DNA from: Candidatus Poribacteria bacterium
GTDB lineage: Bacteria > Poribacteria > WGA-4E > WGA-3G
DNA length: 64,000 nt
Reading direction: 5' to 3'
NCBI GenBank assembly: GCA_964291315.2
Contig: OZ219753.1
Location: forward strand, 2,848,001 to 2,912,000
The notes beneath the pieces are model-generated. The model saw only the letters and a list, made by a program, of their open reading frames with translations, ran no database searches and was not told where the DNA came from. Position numbers and translations under genes: made by a program. Position 1 is the stretch's first letter, and each line of letters begins with the position of its first letter. Of this stretch, positions 60,902 through 64,000 are shown in pieces.

Positions 60902-62095
60902 TTAGGGCTGGACGACTTTATAGTGTTCGACTTGTCCGTTTTGAATTATCTGGATTGCGAGGCTTTTGACAGGATAGCGATTTTCATCGTAATGCGAAAT
61001 AGACGTAGCTCCTTTGTAACCGTTGACACTTGCGAACGCATCACGAACTGCCATAACGTCGAGCGAAGCCGCGGTTTCTATTGCTTGCGCTAAAAGTCGT
61101 ATTGCATCGTAGCCGGATGCAGCTATACCGTCAGGTGGGCCTCCGAATAACGTATTGTAGGCTGTTACGAATTCTTGAACATCAGCGTCTTGCGTCACGA
61201 CAGAAAAATTTGTCGGGTAGTAGCTACCGTCCAAAACAGTATTATCCTCTAAAATGCTAAGAAAACGTTCTCTGTCGTCCCAGGCGCTCCCTCCGAGAAA
61301 GGTTGCTGTGATACCTATCTGGCGTGCTTCATTTATCAAGGATGGTATTTCGGGTTGGAAACCAGGTGCAAAAATAACGTCGGGATTGCCCTTATGAATC
61401 TCTGTGAGCAGTTGGGTAAAGGTAGTATCCCCCGCAGAATAGGAACCGTTGTAGGTAATCTCTCCGTTCTTTTCCTGAAAGGCTGTCTCAAATGCTTGCA
61501 CAAGGTCAGTAGAATAGACATCGTCGGCCTCATAAATTGTCGCAGCCGTTTTGGCTCCGAGTTCTTCAGCGTTCATTGCAAAACTTGCCATCACTTTCCC
61601 TTGAAACGGGTTCGGAACGGTAATCAGAAAGATGTGATCTCCTGCTGTGGGTACATTTGCGCTGCTGGAGCCGGGAAGCATGAGTCGCTGTGCCTGTTGG
61701 GCGATTGGGGCGACTTCAACGGCGTTAGTAGAATAGACGGGTCCTAGTAGTGCGAACACGTTTTCTATATCAATGAGTTCTTGTGCGGCACGAACACTTG
61801 CCTGCGGTGTTGGTGGTTCACTCTGCACGGGTTGATTATTTCGGTTGATAAGGGCGACTTGCATACCGAGTACACCGCCTTTACTATTAATTTGGGCGCG
61901 AGCGGTTTCAGCTCCCTGGCTGAAGGTTGTAAAGGTGTTCGCTGGTTGAATCACACCGATTTTTAAAGTCATTTCGTTGCGGGTAGTGATAGGATTGGGT
62001 TGGATTCTCTGATTCACCCGCTCACATCCGGATAAGGCTGTAACAGTGAGAGCAAGTAAAGTAAGGGCGCGAAAAATAAAAGCCTTCAAGTTCAT
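60902..62095 (-). CDS. ABC transporter substrate-binding lipoprotein (LivJ/K-like)
   Basis: Lipobox LSGC, 'INSKGGVLG', 'LLGPVYS', 'GYDA'. Start at MNLK after an AAGGAG RBS. Confidence 0.88.
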   Translation of the reverse strand: MNLKAFIFRALTLLALTVTALSGCERVNQRIQPNPITTRNEMTLKIGVIQPANTFTTFSQGAETARAQINSKGGVLGMQVALINRNNQPVQSEPPTPQASVRAAQELIDIENVFALLGPVYSTNAVEVAPIAQQAQRLMLPGSSSANVPTAGDHIFLITVPNPFQGKVMASFAMNAEELGAKTAATIYEADDVYSTDLVQAFETAFQEKNGEITYNGSYSAGDTTFTQLLTEIHKGNPDVIFAPGFQPEIPSLINEARQIGITATFLGGSAWDDRERFLSILEDNTVLDGSYYPTNFSVVTQDADVQEFVTAYNTLFGGPPDGIAASGYDAIRLLAQAIETAASLDVMAVRDAFASVNGYKGATSISHYDENRYPVKSLAIQIIQNGQVEHYKVVQP

Positions 62096-62349
62096 AACCG
62101 GATGCTTCTCCTTTTGGTAAAAATGCTTGAAAAATATTTGGATTCTTGGTAACTTCTTATCTATATTCGGAAACTTCTTGAAGAGTAACACACTCGCCTG
62201 ATTTTGTCAAGTTTCTACAACATATCCTCAGAATACCTTATCTGTTATTAGGTGTGTGTTAAAATTATCAGAAACCTTTTTTGAGGATGGTACAACAGAG
62301 TGGAAACCCAATGCTTTAAAAAATTTGAACGGCACAAAGGAGCCTTCTC

Positions 62350-63408
62350 ATGGAACTTGGTTTTTTTACGATGCCTTTGCATCCACCTGGTAGCGACACC
62401 ACTAAAACGCTCGATCACGATATAGAGCAGATGGTGATTCTCGACGAGTTGGGTTATAAAGAAGCTTATGTTGGAGAGCATTTTACGTTTACGTGGGAGA
62501 ATATTCCATCTCCAGACCTCTTTATTGCAAAAGCGGCCGCGATGACAGAAAACATCGTCTTCGGTACAGGCATTACTTGTATGCCGATACACAATCCTGC
62601 TGTTGTGGCGCATCGCATCGCCCAGCTGGATCACCAAACACATGGACGCTTTCACTGGGGGGTTGGTTCAAGCTCTACGCCGAGCGATGCAGAGATGTTC
62701 ATGGTAGAAGGCGACAGACGGCGGTCGACTCGAGAGGGAATTGATGCTGTCCTCAAGATTTGGATGGATCCGGAGCCCGGACATTATAAGAGCGATTTTT
62801 GGGAGTTTAAAATCCCTGAAGGCCGTCCGGACATTGTGAGTGTCCACATGAAACCGTATCAGAAACCGCATCCACCGATTGCTGTGGCGGGTTCATCGCC
62901 GAAGTCCGACACGCTCATTCTTGCTGGTGAACGTGGCTGGATTCCGATGAGCATCAATCTTGCCCATGTTTCTGTTATCAAGACCCATTGGGATGCTGTT
63001 GAAGAGGGCGCGGAGAAAAGCGGTTTATCGCCGTCTCGTTCAACGTGGCGTATTGCCCGCGAGGTCTACGTTGCAGATACCACCGAGCAGGCGCGTAAAG
63101 AAGCACTTGAAGGCACGCTTGGGCGTGATTTTAGGGATTATTGGTTTAACTTGTTTAGCCCCGGAAACTTCAAGCCCGATCCGGATATGAACAGTGCGGA
63201 CATGCGGCTTGAGCATTTATTAGATACCTTGTGGATCGTTGGGAGCCCTGATCATGTCACGAATCGGTTGCGTGAACTCTACGACGAGGTTGGCGGTTTT
63301 GGTGTCTTACTCGCCATGGGACACGAATGGGAACCCAAAGAGCAGTGGTTAAATTCAATGACGCTTCTCAAGAATGAGGTAATGCCGCGACTTGCCGATT
63401 TGAGTTAG
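62350..63408 (+). CDS. LLM-class (luciferase-like) flavin-dependent monooxygenase
   Basis: 'GEHF', 'AQLDHQTHGRF', 'PYQKPHPPI', 'VGSPD', 'VGGFG'. Confidence 0.9.
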   Translation: MELGFFTMPLHPPGSDTTKTLDHDIEQMVILDELGYKEAYVGEHFTFTWENIPSPDLFIAKAAAMTENIVFGTGITCMPIHNPAVVAHRIAQLDHQTHGRFHWGVGSSSTPSDAEMFMVEGDRRRSTREGIDAVLKIWMDPEPGHYKSDFWEFKIPEGRPDIVSVHMKPYQKPHPPIAVAGSSPKSDTLILAGERGWIPMSINLAHVSVIKTHWDAVEEGAEKSGLSPSRSTWRIAREVYVADTTEQARKEALEGTLGRDFRDYWFNLFSPGNFKPDPDMNSADMRLEHLLDTLWIVGSPDHVTNRLRELYDEVGGFGVLLAMGHEWEPKEQWLNSMTLLKNEVMPRLADLS

Positions 63409-63463
63409 CACTTGAATCGTGCACACCGCAGTGGGAAAAAATGTACTAGAATATTCTTGAGGT

Positions 63464-63994
63464 TTAGTTGTTTTCTGCCCCCTCGTTGATCCAATCGATG
63501 AAGAGTTGGACTTGATCAGCATCAAGCGGTGGCGGAATAGGAGGCATGCCTCCACCATCAATACGCTTGACAACAAGGCTGCCTTTACCGTTCCCAGCTT
63601 CGAAGGCTGCGACACCGTTCGCACCGTTTTTGAAAGTGTTGTATCCGGTGAGGTCAAGCCCACGCGCCGGCCCCGGCATCGCATGGCACCCCGGAATAGC
63701 GCAGCGCTCAGTAAGAATCGGCTGAATATCGTCCTTGAAAGAAACCTTTTGTTCCTCAACAACAGGCTCCTCTTCCTCTACCACCGGGGTAATCTCAGGT
63801 TCTATAGGAGTGGCAGGCGGTGTTGTTGCGGGTTGAAGCACATCGGTTACCCTTGAGGGGTCTTCCGTGGTGTCGCCTTCGTCTCCGCAACTTGAAATGA
63901 AGATAGCAGCAAGAAAAAGGCTTATGGCGAAAACAGGAATGGAGAGGGCTTGAGCCTGTCGTTTACGTGGAAGGTTCGAAACTGAATCAATCAC
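63464..63994 (-). CDS. Lipoprotein with planctomycete-type cytochrome c domain (start may lie beyond the window)
   Basis: Lipobox ISSC, 'VSFKDDIQPIL', CAIPGCH, 'MPP', 'WINEGA'. Confidence 0.8.
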   Translation of the reverse strand: MIDSVSNLPRKRQAQALSIPVFAISLFLAAIFISSCGDEGDTTEDPSRVTDVLQPATTPPATPIEPEITPVVEEEEPVVEEQKVSFKDDIQPILTERCAIPGCHAMPGPARGLDLTGYNTFKNGANGVAAFEAGNGKGSLVVKRIDGGGMPPIPPPLDADQVQLFIDWINEGAENN

Positions 63995-64000
63995 AATACA

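Noticed and set aside
589-63856. Numerous short antisense or alternate-frame ORFs in the track
   Set aside because: They are shadows of well-supported genes with no independent evidence.

Overview
This is a 64-kb bacterial chromosome segment with a G/T-rich + strand almost throughout. Gene content (several PhyH dioxygenases, a sulfatase-like enzyme, Gfo/Idh/MocA oxidoreductases, double-length UvrA, three restriction-modification loci, a planctomycete-type cytochrome c) suggests Candidatus Poribacteria or a similar PVC-like lineage; this is inference only. Housekeeping genes are dnaN (5' part), uvrA, era, trpB, a glnD-like gene, trmB, uvrC, hflX, smpB, tmRNA and tRNA-Leu(CAA). Accessory content is a Type III R-M system with an upstream Fic gene, a helicase-less Type ISP-like R-M enzyme and an orphaned MTase with a truncated REase. 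The most striking unexplained structure lies at 40.09-42.48 kb. A near-perfect sigma54 promoter precedes an ~85-nt foldable RNA-like element. Its 3' stem strand (18 bp) is duplicated 2 kb downstream, bracketing an integrase-free two-gene cassette of opposite strand composition. Other highlights are a G8 tract in the Type III mod gene, tandem palindromic operators before fic, a Thr-type sulfatase, a mosaic R-M gene, and a deletion scar joining two truncated genes at GTTAAC. All family assignments come from motifs recognised by eye; no searches were run.
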